A DNA stretch of 63,836 nt, counting the filler, from Limisphaerales bacterium (GTDB lineage Bacteria; Verrucomicrobiota; Verrucomicrobiia; Limisphaerales; SIBE01), in the NCBI GenBank assembly GCA_044225505.1. It is 3 parts of 3 records of this genome, joined end to end, with 100 filler letters (N's around TTAATTAATTAA, not from the genome) between each part and the next. Parts side by side here need not be neighbours in the genome. Positions count along the whole stretch, not along the records: positions 1 to 22,983 come from JBGAIN010000137.1; 2 more parts are not named here. The stretch is one strand, 5' to 3'. How positions within the stretch are numbered: the first letter of the stretch is position 1; each line of letters opens with the position of its first letter. This document shows, one piece after another, positions 1 to 12,535 of the stretch. The notes beneath the pieces were generated by a model. It did not search any database. It saw nothing but the letters and a program-made list of their open reading frames with translations, and was not told where the DNA came from. Position numbers and translations under genes: made by a program.

Positions 1-3000
1 GGGATTTGACGGACAGAATAAATGTGGCGCGGCCACTCAGGGCTGCCGCAAGGATCCCTTCTCCGTCGTCGGTCGCTTCGACCGTCAATGCATAGTTGTT
101 TCGAGCGCCGGGAATCGGTTGTACGTGAATGACCCCATTCCCTTTCCCATCGTCGCTCAAGCTGGCGAACTCAGGTAGGTCGATGACTCGCAAAATCAAG
201 GGGTCCCCGTTTGGATCCACCGCTCGCACCGGAATATCTAAGGTACTTCCGACGTTGACCGACTGATCACCGATCGGGTCGACAGCGGGCGCTCCGTTCG
301 TTTTCAGAACTCGAACCGTCACGGTTTCGCTAGTGATCGATGGAGATCCTGTGCCGTCACCGTCGTTCCGGGCAGTGAAAGTGACTGCAAAATTTCCATC
401 CTGAGCAAACGAAGGAGTCCAACTCAGCAATTGAGTGGTCGAATCATAGGCCATTCCGGCTGGCAGTGCGCTGAATGAATAGGTCAAGGTCGATGCGCCG
501 GCCGGACCATTATCGTTGGACGACGCTGCTGACGAGGTCGCGGCATTGGGCACGTTAGGATCAATGGCAACCACACGCACGTTAAGGCGTTGGCCTTGGC
601 GGATCACCAAGGTATCGACAGGCACGAAATAAATCGGCCCGTTGACGTTGAGCACGGTGATATGCACGGTCTGAGCGGCGCCATTTACACTGTCGGATGC
701 CACCAACTGAACGTCGTAAGAACCGTGCTGATCGAAGCCTGGCGTCCAAATAAATTGACCCGTTTCCGGAACCACCGTGGCACCAGGAGGCAGGTTGGCT
801 GAAGAATAACGAATCGGTCCATTTTCGGGATCCATTGCGCGCACTGTAAAGGCAGCCGTGCTGCCTTCAGTCACGGTCTGGTCAGGAATGGTCGCAACGG
901 TTGGTGACAGATTCCCGGGGAGCACTTTGATCGTGAATGTCTGCTGCACGTCGGTGATCCCGTCTGACGCCGTCACCGTGACACCAGGATAGAGTCCAGC
1001 CTGGTTTCCGCCCGGTGCCCATTGGAAGGTCCGCGACCTTACGTCAAACGTAGCTCCCGGCGGCAGATGATCCATTTGAAACTGCACGGCCTCACCTTCC
1101 GGATCCACCGCCGAAAGCGTTACCTGAAGAGTCTGGCCGACTTGCGTTGCTTGGTCGGGCACGCCAACCAGGACGGGCGCTTGATTGCGGCCGTTGACTT
1201 GCACTTTCCAGGTCTGAACGGCATATCCTCCCTTGGAAGCGATGGCACGAAGTTCAAAGCTGCTGGTTTCCGCGCCGCCCCTTGGCGCTGTCCAACTCAA
1301 TAACCCGCTCTGGGCGTCGACCACCGCGCCATTTGGACCATCAATCAAGAGGTAAGTAAGGGTTCCACCCGACGGGTTATTCGCTGATGCCTGGTAACGA
1401 TAGGCCTGGCCCGCTGCCGCGTTTAGATTGGGCGTCGATGTAAAACCGGGCAGCCCAGCCCGCGAAATACCGACTTGGATCTGCGCGGCCGTGTCCAGAG
1501 TCACCGCGCCTGGATCGGCCACCGTCACGGTTACCCACTCGGTTGATTGCCCAGGTGGAAGAACATTGGACGCCGGGATCAGATCCAGAAAAGAGACACC
1601 AGTTTGGTCCGTGCCCGTCGCATTGACCACCGCTAGTTTTTGGCCGGCTAGACCATGGAACAAGACGCGAATAGGTCCGGAGAGATCTTGGGGTTGGCTA
1701 TTAGTCAAACGCACGTCGAACGACACGGTCCCCGCCCCTCGATCTAATCGCGTGTTCGCGAATTCAAGGCTGGACTTTAGTTGCGTCGTCGCGTCTTGAA
1801 CGACGCTGAACTCGGTGGAGTAAGCAGCTTCGAGGGAGTTGCCGAGAAGATCCTGCACCGCTGGCAACACACGTAACTGATAGGTTGACGGGGCGATATT
1901 ATCGAACACCAATTGAACCGTCCGAGTGTCTGTACTGTAAATTGCGGCGGCAATCCGCACCGACTGGCCGGTTGCCATATCGATGATCTGGTAGTTCGCA
2001 GGGTTGGTGACCGACCGAGGGTCACTCACACCGGAACTGATCATCGAGGTATCAAAGGTAATCGAGGCGCGTGATATTGTGCCCGATACACCAGCGTGAT
2101 TCACTGGGTCGGTGGCGATCACCTCTGGAGGCTTTGCCGGGAATAAAACATCGACGCCGTCAGTGCCGGCCATAAAGACTTTGCCATCCGCGCTGGCCGT
2201 CAGGAAAGCACCTCGCTTGCCTCCAGTCGCAATCACGGTGCTGCGGTGCGACGCTGCATCGACTGCGATCAGATCGCCTTGCGTCGTACTGACCAAGAGC
2301 AGTCCCTGAAGCTGGGTGTTGCCCTGGCCGAAAGTCAAGGCCAACGCCGCGGTCTGCAAATCCAAGGCGACCGTCGCACGACCACGCCGATCAAACGTGA
2401 CCAAACGATGGTCGTCCGGCCATTCGACCCCCCAGAGCGTTCCATCCAGCGCCACCGCTAATCCCTCCACCCTCGTCTTGGAGAATGCCGTAAAGCTGAG
2501 TTTTTGCGTATCGAAAATCGTTACTCCGTCCGAAGTCGCCACAAACAAGCGCGAAGCGGTAGGATCAGCGGCCACTCCCAATGTTATACCGCTGCCGTAG
2601 CTGCCCAAAATAGTTCCTGTCGTCGGATCCAGCTGGAGGAGTGTTCCACCTCCTGTCGTTGCCCAAAGTTGGCCATCCCGATCGAATGTTAAGGCATAGA
2701 TTGGGGTATCCAAAGTAGCCAGCGGCTCCGGATGACTGGTTCCGCTAAGCCCAATTCTAAAGAGCTGGTTGCGTCCAACGCCTCCTGTGGCATACACCAC
2801 GCCCGTCGCATCGACCGCGATTCCAATTGCCCCGACACCTGCTTCCGAACCGCGCAAGCCACGAGCGAACGATGCCGCCGAGAACGGACTCAAAACCCGG
2901 GCGAAGCTCGGCAGGACAGCAGCCGCCAATGCTGTCGGAACCCCTTCCAGCGCGGCGAGGAAGAGTGCATTCAATGCGGGACCAGACGGCGGCGATGCCA

Positions 3001-6000
3001 CAGGCAATGGCTCCAGACTGGACGAAACAGCGAGTGGAATTGAGCCAAGGTTAATGGCGGGCGGATACAAAGGCACGGCAAGGCCTTCGGGACCGGCTTC
3101 TAAATTCCCGGCCAGATCCGCGGCTAGCACCAGGAATTGGGGTTGGCTTCCCGTTGGCGCCTGATAGCTAAAGGTCGTGTCCGTCACATGCAACGCCAAT
3201 GGCGAGTAGGTACGCCCGTCCAAGGACGCATAGACCGTAAACTCTCTTACGCCCGAACCCAGCGAATCATCAGCCGCAGTCCAAGATAGGAGGTAGTTAC
3301 TGCCGCTGCCCGGTTGGACAGTCAATGTGGTGGTGGGTGCGGTCGCATCCAGAGTGGAGGATACCACATTCGTGTCGATCGGGGCGGCCTGATCCAGAAA
3401 AACGCGAGCCTGCGCTTCGAGCTTCGCCCCCGTCCCCGCTTCCGGACTCACGCGGACGGTGTAGGAAACCTCGGCCGATTCTCCAGGCTTAATCAGTCCG
3501 ACTCCGGGGAGATCGGTGGGAAGGCCAGTGTCCGAGTCGATTGCGCGAAATTCCCAAGTCGCGATTCGGGTGGTCACGTCGATCCCAGCGGATACCTGGA
3601 GGACATAACTTCGCGTAGAAGTTAGATCAAACTCACCCGAAAACGCTCCCTTGCCTTGCGGGATTCCCAGGGTGAGATCTCCAAACCGAATTGGACCAAG
3701 CTGGAACGAACGTTCATCAAGATTTGCGTTGAGCTGCTCGATAATCCGAACTTCCCGTAAAACCTGCCCGTCAGCAGGGTTCGCCAGGCTGAGCGTATAC
3801 GGAAGACGCGTCGTTCCGCCTGGAACGACGGATGTTGGCCCGATGCCGGACGGACCTTTCAGCGTGATTCCCGGGGAAGTTCCGCCCGGTCCATTCAACA
3901 GTCCTACCAGAGCAGGATCTTGCGACAAGTCGGTCCCGCCGCTGGCGCCATCTCCGTCGCCCGCGTAGTCCCCAAGGTAGAAGAAGAAATCTTGAGGAAC
4001 CGTAACTCGAATGATGAACGCTTCGAATCGGGTTGAGTGAGACAAGCCCTGTTCGTACGCGGCAGCGGACGGGACGCCGCTGGCCCCGTAGGCATCCGGA
4101 GTATCATTGGCCCAGCGCCGAATCGCATCAAAGAACTTCGTCAATCCGCCTTCGGCGATGATCTGCGCACCACCCTCGCCCGCCAGAATTCCCGCCGTCA
4201 TGACGGCAACGTCACTGTTAAAAACGGCGTCCGTCTGCGCAGCAGGAGGCGCGTCTTCTGGCCGCAACACTCCCGCTTGAATTAAAGATTGAAGATAGAA
4301 ATTCTCGAAGCCGACCTTGTCTCCGGCTGCCGCGATCAACGAAAAGGGAGCCTCGGGATCATTCAGAATCTTATCGCGCAGCTGATCGGCACGCTTGGTC
4401 TGAAACGCTACATATTCACTGGCCGTCATCGGGGTCACGGCAGCGAAAATATGAAAATTGAACTTGAGGCTCGCGAGGGTAAATTCGTCCAAGTCTCGGA
4501 GAAAGTTCGGATTGACTGCGAGCATTTCTTGGAGCCCAGGATAGACTTGGACAGCAAAGCTCAGGGAGCCAAAGCCCTGCGTATTGAAATCGTAGGCGAA
4601 GCCCGATGTCGTCAACTCGCCGTTGAGATTTAAGACCGGATTAAGATCCGCCCATGGGACGCCCGCAACATTGGGGCTGCCTTGCAAGTTCGTTTGAAAC
4701 AAGAGCCTCTCGCCGATGATAACAGTGTTATTGGTCAAGCGAGGGACCCCGTACTGTATAAAGACGTAAGGCGTATCCAGATTCGTCAAGCTCTCCAGCG
4801 AGACCCCGTAATAGGCGTTCGGAAAACCAGCTTTGCTAAGTTTGATCTCGTCCGGACCGCCCAACCCAATATCTTCATCCAACGGCTTTGCCGTCTCGAT
4901 CTGAATCCGATAGGGAATCGTTTGATTGACTCCGTCCGGATTCGTGACCTGCAAATCGTAAAGGCCCAACGCCGCTCCTCTCAGATCGAAGACACCTATG
5001 ATTGCCGTCGCGTCGACTACCCGATAGTTGACCGGAACAAACTCACCGAATTGCGGTCGAATCAGTTTGAGAGTTGCTTGAGGAGAGAACTGGGCGCCAC
5101 GCACTTCAATGGTGACGTAACGGTCGGCACCCACAACGTCTGGCGTGACAGACGTGATCCCGAAAGGCAGATACGCGGCGGTGAGCGTTACCGACTGCGA
5201 GGCAGGCCCGCCTTGACTTCGGATCAAGACGTAGTAATCGCCGGCCGTCGTCGTCGGCACAACCGCTGTTTGCGATGCCTGGAGTTTGCCCGCGTACGCG
5301 CCATCATTCTGGATCGAATTCGGCAACGCTTCGTAGCGAACGAAAAGTTCGTTCGCACCACCACTCGCGCCCAGGCTGAGCTGTAACGTCTGCCCGCCCG
5401 CCACGCTCACCCGATAAAGAAGCACTCCGCCATTCCGGAGTGGCGCTGTCGCTGGGATACCCACCGTCAAGACAGGGACTGAAACGGCCAACGCATCCGG
5501 AGAAGCAGTTACGTTATTGTCCTTGCGTGGTCCCTCGTTGATATCGTTGAACAGATCCGCCCGAACGATGATGCGATAACTCCCTGGCAGCGCCGGCAGC
5601 AATGTTGTTTGCAGAGTTGCGGAGTAGCTTTGGCCTGGCGTCAAAGTGCGAGGCTGGACAGGCGCAACCGTGCCCAGCAACGTGTCTCCGTAATCCCAAA
5701 TACTGTCTTTGGACAAATAAATGCCATCCGTCCAAACGCCTGATGCCGTTTCATTGCCGTGATTGCTGCCCGTGTAACTGACCGTGATGCTATCTCCCAC
5801 CATGGCGCTCGCGGGAAGAACGATTTGGTCAATCTGGAGATCCGACGGCGGCGGCAGATCAATGATCATTGGAACCGCGGTCGCACGCGAGTTATTCGAG
5901 TCATTCGTTTCAACGACCGCTCCCCGAGTTCCACTAGAGAATGCAACCGGGTCAGCCAAAACAAAGATGTAATAAGGTCCCGTGACACCGCGCGGGATCG

Positions 6001-9000
6001 AGAAATTCGCCGTCATCGAGTAACTATCGTTCGGAGCGAGAACCCCCGCGTGTTTGAATGACCCGAGGTAAAGGTCGCTCCGCACGTCCAGAAACTGGTC
6101 GCGTGACATGTAAATGTAATCCGACCAGACCGACTGCCGATCCGGGATCGCGCCGGGTCCGGAGTTAGAAACTTGCCAGGTGATTGTAAATTGTTGCCCT
6201 ACCGTCACATGATCCGGCGTGACCACTTGGGTCACGACAATGTCGGGGCCCGGGACGAAGTTGACGTGAAGCGCCAGGTTCTGCTGATTAGGCGCCGTGC
6301 CAGCGTATTCATTTAGGCGCGGGCTGTTAAAAGTACCGATAGTGCCGGGATATCGAGACGGATCATCGTTCGCGACAGGATAGTAACCGGCGTTGGCAAT
6401 GACGAGCAGATGGAAGTCCCCCTGAATATTGTCCGGCAAACGGAGCTCGATCGTCCCGGAATAGGTGCCATTGGCATCGATCAATCCCTTGTGCAAGGTA
6501 ACGCCGATCAGCTTATCGGATGAATCAATGCTCGTATCTTTGGAAAGATAGACGCTATCGTACCATTGGTCCGTCCGCGTCGCCCGCGTCCCAACATTCG
6601 TCACTTCATACGTGACGCTTGCGGTCGAACCCGAATCGACAGTCTGGGGAGCGTGGGCGCTGTTCAACTGCAGATCCGGCTCGCGATACACCACCGTCGT
6701 GCTGGCGGACCCGACGTTATTGACTTTGGTCTCTCCTTCCCAGACGCGTTTTGAGAACTTCTCCGGCCAATCCGGGAAGACGCCTGGGCCCGTTCCATTC
6801 AAGTCGATGGAAAAACCCGAGGAAAAACTCACATTCGGATCCGTGGCGACATAGACATACCGAACACCCGAGATGCCTTCGGGAATGCGGAATGACGCAT
6901 GAGCTGTGTAACTATCCCCTGGAGCTAACAAACCGGACTGGGCGTGGACGAGCCTGCCCAAATAGCCCACGCTACCTGGGCTGAAGACCGGGTTGGACGA
7001 CAACATAACGTAATCGGACCACTGCTTGGTGCCAGGGTAGACTGGGACGGACCCTTGATTCGTGACCACCCAAGTCACATCGATTGTCTCTCCGGAAAAA
7101 ACGGATGGCGATACTGTGACCTGGCTCACAATCAAGTCGGCGGGAATGTTGCTGACCTGGGAGGCCGCGAAATTCTGATTGTTCTTCGTGTAGGGGCCTT
7201 CGAATACGACTTGAGGGGCCGCGGCACCAGGGCCGGTCAAGATCTGCCGGAGCTGTCCCGGAGTGAGTTGACTGATCTGGGCCGGTGTAAAATCGCTGAC
7301 CGCGGATCCGAGCGCTTGCTGCGCACGCGCGATGATCGCCTCGACTTGAGCGTAAAGTTGCTCTCCCGGGTCCAAATAATTTAGGATGCTTGGGTCCTCG
7401 TTGGTCTTGACGATGAAGTAATTCCCGTCCGCAGAAGGCGGCAATGTGAAGGTCGCCGTTTGCGTATACGACTGCTGCGGGAGCAAGGTCCCAAAATTCG
7501 GAGTAACAAATACGCGGGTCGCGACCACACCGGGTGCATCCAAGACCGACCCGGTTGCGACATAGACGGTGTCGACCCAGCGATCGACATTCGTCGGGAC
7601 GGCTCCCTGATTCTCCACGGTCCAAGACAGGGTGACGTCAGTGCCACCGAGCCCTGATGTCGGCGCGATCACGCGAGTGACCACCAGGTCAGCCGACGGC
7701 TGCAGCAAGATGGCCATGGGAGTCGACGCTTTGAAGTTGCTTCCTTGGAGGTCATTCGGAGCATCAGGATTGACATTGCCGCTTAACGCCGTTTCGAACA
7801 CCGCATCGCTGGCATCGGTCCACAACGTGACGTAATAATTGCCTGTCAGTTCGGACGGGATCCGAACGGTCACCACCCCATCGTAACCCTGCCCCACCTC
7901 CAAGACACCGCTGTGACCGGTCGCACCCAGGTAAAGATCGCCACGCACGCTATTCGGTCGGTCTCGACCCAAGGTGAGCCAAACCGAGTCTGTCCACGAT
8001 CCAGGATCTGTAGGGCCCGTTCCGGCGTTGGTGACATGATACCGAACAGTGATTTGCGTTCCGTCGAACGCTTGCACCGGCGCCGAGACATTGTTGACGA
8101 TTAGATCTGGCGGCGGAACCGGTTTGGCATCCACAGCAATCGCAACCGCAAAATAGTCGGGGCTCGTCTTCGGTACCTGATCGATGATCCTTCCGCTGTC
8201 GGCCACGAAGATGAGGAAGGCATTCCCGGATAGATTTTTCGGAAGGGTGTAAGTGCCGTTGGAGAGATAAGACTCTCCCGGAGCGAGTCCTTGGCCGTTC
8301 GGCTTCGATCCGAGCAAAGTATCGCCAACGTCCAATTGGTTGTTGAGTGAGATATAGACTCCGTCCGTCCAACGCGATCCCCCCGCGGGCGTGGCGGCCG
8401 CTCCTAAGTTCGCCACCGTCCACGACACGTCCACGGCCGTCCCGGCCGTCGCTTTCGCTGGTCCGACCCCCGTGGTCACCTGCAAGTCGGGACGCGCACG
8501 CAGAGAGATCACCAGCGCGCCCGAGGTTAGGGTGTTGTTACTTCGCACTTGCCCATCCACCGCGCTGCCTGAATCCGTAACGACGATGATCGTATAGACC
8601 CCTTGAACCTTCACAGGCAGATTGAACGCGATCGTGCGAGTGTACGATCGGCCGGACTCAAGCGGAGGGTCGATCCGGAACGAACCCAAGGGCGTCGCCC
8701 CTTCGAGCTTTCCATTCGGGGCTAGATAGACGGTATCGATCCACGCCGCCGCTGCGCCATCCGGACCATTGTTGCGAACCGTCCAACTGACATCGATGCT
8801 CTGCGCGTCGAACGCTTTCGATGGCGATGTCACCGACAGAATCTCCAGGTCCGAACGCGGCGGATTGATATGAGTGACCACAATCAGGCCGGACCGACTC
8901 TGGTTGTTGTCCGTGAAAACGGACTCGTATGGACCGCGGGTTTGGACGAACAGATACCCCGCGCCTTCAGCATTGCTCGGCAAAGTTACCTCCACAGAGC

Positions 9001-12000
9001 GGGAGTAGCTTTCGCTGACATTGAGCAACCCAGCGTGTTCAAACGTTCCGATCAGCTGCATTCCTGCTCCGGACGGATCTGAGGAATAAAAGACCTGGTC
9101 TGTCCAGTAGCTCGCGTCGGTCGTTCCGATGCCTTGATTCTCGACGAACCAGGAAACCGCCACGGACTGGCCGCTCTTGCCTGTTGCGTCCGCTCTCACC
9201 GACGAAACGATCAGGTCTGCGTATGGTCTTAATGCCACCACGACCGGTTTGGCAGACTCTCTGACATCAGCAGCCGTATTGAGGTGCTGGAATACCACCC
9301 CTTCGGCATCGGTCTTGACGAAAAGGTGGAAGCGGCCGTCCACATGCTGCGGGAGGGTCAGAATTCTTGTCTCAGAGTATGTAGCGTCGACGGGCACTGC
9401 CCCCGTATGGGATGCATTGGCCACCAGGAGATCGTCGCTGTTGCCATAGACGGCATCTTTGGACAGAACCACCCGATCGGTCCAGGCACTGACCACGCCC
9501 GTTCCCGTCCCACGGTTCGTGACGGTCCAGGAGACCGTCAGGTCCGCTGGGTCGCCCACCACCTGTTCTTGGGACGAGATCGCAGTGACGGCTAAATCGG
9601 CATAGGGCGCGAGAGCGACTGAGACGGCTTTAGAAGCCGAAACATTGTTGACCGCGTTGCCAGCTTCCTCGACCAGGGTCGTGGCGTTGGTTTGGACCAC
9701 GATGTAGAACGTGCCTTGAATCCCATCGGGCAACGTGACCGCTAATGTTCTATCGTAGCTTTCTTGCGGCGCCAACGCTGATGTGTGCTCTAACTCTCCC
9801 ATCAGCACAGCGTCCGGATCGAGGCGCGCGTTCTTTGCCAGGTAAACCTTGTCGACCCAGCGATCTCCCGTGCGGCCCGAGCCAGAATTAAGGACCGACC
9901 AGGTGACCGTTGTTTTGGTCCCCGAAACCGCGCTCGCAGGAGCCGCGACCGTTTCGACCGCGAGATCCGCATGGGTCACTCGGACCGACTGTTGTGCGGC
10001 GGCAATATTGTTGGCAATGACACCACGCTCGAATACCTGCTGCGTATCGTCCGCGACGACTACGAGGAAATACGGCCCATCTGGCATCACGGGCAGAATC
10101 ACCGTCTGCGTCTGGGTATAAGACGAGGTTGGATCAAGTGGTGCGGATCGCTCGAAAGTCCCAAGCAACGTCGCTCCCGCTCGCTTGCCGTCCGCAGACA
10201 AATAGATGCGATCCGACCATGGTCCCGCCGCAACTGCGCCCCCTGCATTAGTGATCTTCCAAGTGACGGCAATCCCCTGGCCGACAATGCCCACGGCGTC
10301 AGACGGTCCTAATACCTCGTTCGCCACTAGATCCGGGACCGGCGACAGTGTAACGACCAATGGCGTTGGGCTGACCAGAGCATTGTTGTCTTTGGCACCA
10401 GGCTCGGAGACCAGATTCCCGGCATCCGTCTTGGCAAAGAGGCGATAGGTTCCCGCAGTCAATTCCGCAGGCAATTGAACAGTCTCTTCCTCCAGATACC
10501 GGCCGTCCGAAGGCAGACCGCCCGTGTGAACGAAGCTGCCCAGGGGCTTGGCGTTGGCGAATTGGTCGTCTGACGATAGGTAGATCGTATCCGTCCAATT
10601 ACCAGCCGCCGCCTCGGTGCCATTGTTGAATACTTGCCAAACGACGCTGATCGTTTGCCCGGAAGCGCCAGTGGCGGGAGATTCAATCTTCTCAACAACA
10701 AGGTCGTTCGGAGGGCGAGCGCCCTGAACCTTGAATGTCCGGTCCAAGAGGTTATCCGTTTCACCCACCTCGACGACCGAGTTTCCGCTGTCGAGCTGAA
10801 TAAGAAGGTGATAAGGACCTTCCAGACCAAAGGGCAGTTTGACCGACGCCGCATCAGATCGGGTTTGGCCTGGCAAAAGGTCCTCGGTGACGGTCGTGAC
10901 GCCAAGTTCAACGTCGTCGCCGTTCCCGTAGATGGCGTCTTTGGAAAGGATCAGGCGGGTCTTCCACGGCGCGCTGGCCGCTGCGGTTCCGAGATTCCGA
11001 ACGATCCAGCTCACCGTCATGGTTACCCCGGTCACGGCTGTTGCGGGCACAGAGGCGCTGTCGAGCACCAGATTCGGTTGGGCCAAGATAATTTCAGCAA
11101 CAAACGCATCGCTAGCCTCCCCAAAAACGCCATTGCCATTCTGATCGAGACGGTTTCCAACCAAATCCGTCACGACCGCCGCGACCGTTAGGCGATAGGT
11201 GCCCAACTCGGATGGCCGGACCACCAGCACCGCATAGTGCGTCGGATCGACCCGCTCAATCGACGATACCGTCCCGGTCCCGGCGGGCCCGGCGAGCGTC
11301 ACCGCCGCGGGGGTGAATGTCGCCGGATCGATCGGCTTATTGAATTCGACCGTAATCCGATCAAAACGCTGGTTGACCGTTCCCGTCGGTGACACAGACA
11401 CAACTCGCAGCGCATTGTTATCGACCGTGAATCGGCCTCGATACGCATCCTCCGGTTCACCGCTCGTGCTGTTGCCATTCTGATTCATGGGCAAGCCGAC
11501 TCGATCCAAAACTTGCGGCCCAATAGTAAGATCGTAAGCGCCACTCGCTGTCTGCGGCGCAAACTCGACACGGTAAGTATTGCCCGAGACCAAGCTGATC
11601 TGCGTGATCGCAATCGCCCCGCCCGGACCTGTCAGCTGCACTTGCGCAGAAGTGAGTGTGGTTTCATCGATCGATTGGTTGAAGGTGACATCGATGGATG
11701 CGACGGGCGCCGGAACCGTATCGGTGACTGACTGCCGTATAACTTTGGCCCCGGTCGGATGAACGCTGAAGCTCCCGGCGTAGCCGTCCCCAGCCTCGCC
11801 CACGATCCCATTGCCATTCTGGTCCATGGAGCTGCCGTGGGAGTCCTTCACCCCAGGCTCAACCCGGATCGCGAAGGTGCCCGTTTCTGAAATGGGATCA
11901 AATCGAATCCGATAGGTCGTCCCGCTCAAGAGTGTAACGGAGAGACGCCCCACAAGGGTCGGCCCACTGATCGTCACGTTTGCTGCCGTCAGTGTGGCCA

Positions 12001-12535
12001 TGTCGAGCAGCTGCGAAAAAGTAAGATCCACGTGGTCGACCGGAGCAGGGACATCTCCGCTCGGCGTCTGGCCAGTGACCACAGGACCATTAGGCAAAGT
12101 CACCTGGGTCGAACCGGCCGCTCGCGATGCGTTGTTCGCCAGGTTGCTGTCCGGTGCCGCGCCGTCCGCGTCCGCCACCGCGACCATAATATAATTGCCA
12201 ATCGCAACATCGGGGATGTCACGCGTAAAACTGACGGAGTAGCTGGCGCCCGGCGACAAGGCGCCCGTGTGGACCGATTGACCAATCAGAATTGCAGCCT
12301 CGTCCACAACGCCGGAGGTGGTCAGGTAAACCGCATCCGACCAAACCTGCACGCCCGTGCCCACGGAACCCACATTGCGGACGTTGAAGCTGACCGTGGT
12401 GGCCCGACCGACCGCGATGTTGTTTGGAGCCACGAAACTTTCCGCCATTAAATCCGCCGGGGTTTGTGCCGCGTTCAGAACGACGGAGGTCGGGGTCGTT
12501 CTCACATCGAACAGATGCAACCCACCAGCATCAGC
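1..12535 (-). CDS. Giant secreted/surface protein, distal part (>4170 aa, runs off the window): about 14 CARDB-like domains, SbsA/Big_5-like Ig domains, a beta-propeller-like segment and Ig/cadherin-like (He_PIG-type) repeats
   Basis: Hand translation at several points (12535-11700, ~7700-7130, ~3950-3050, ~1900-1750, 120-2) gives coherent protein, and the two ends (codons at 12460 and 118) are in the same frame. Its absence from the ORF track fits having no stop in the window. Repeated (P/A)DL-x-V...SWTVxNxG...WxDxVYLS...ExxNN units occur at about 12460, 10700, 10330, 9965, 9600, 9220, 8850, 8490, 8105, 7690, 7135, 6675, 6245 and 5840. DQNGNG motifs occur in the Ig domains. The first in-frame ATG is at 12448, with no signal peptide. 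Confidence 0.88.

Noticed and set aside
590..12451. Many 60-234 aa ORFs (for example 4682-5386 +, 10634-11191 +, 6972-7625 -)
   Set aside because: Antisense or off-frame shadows of the giant minus-strand gene, with no family motifs.
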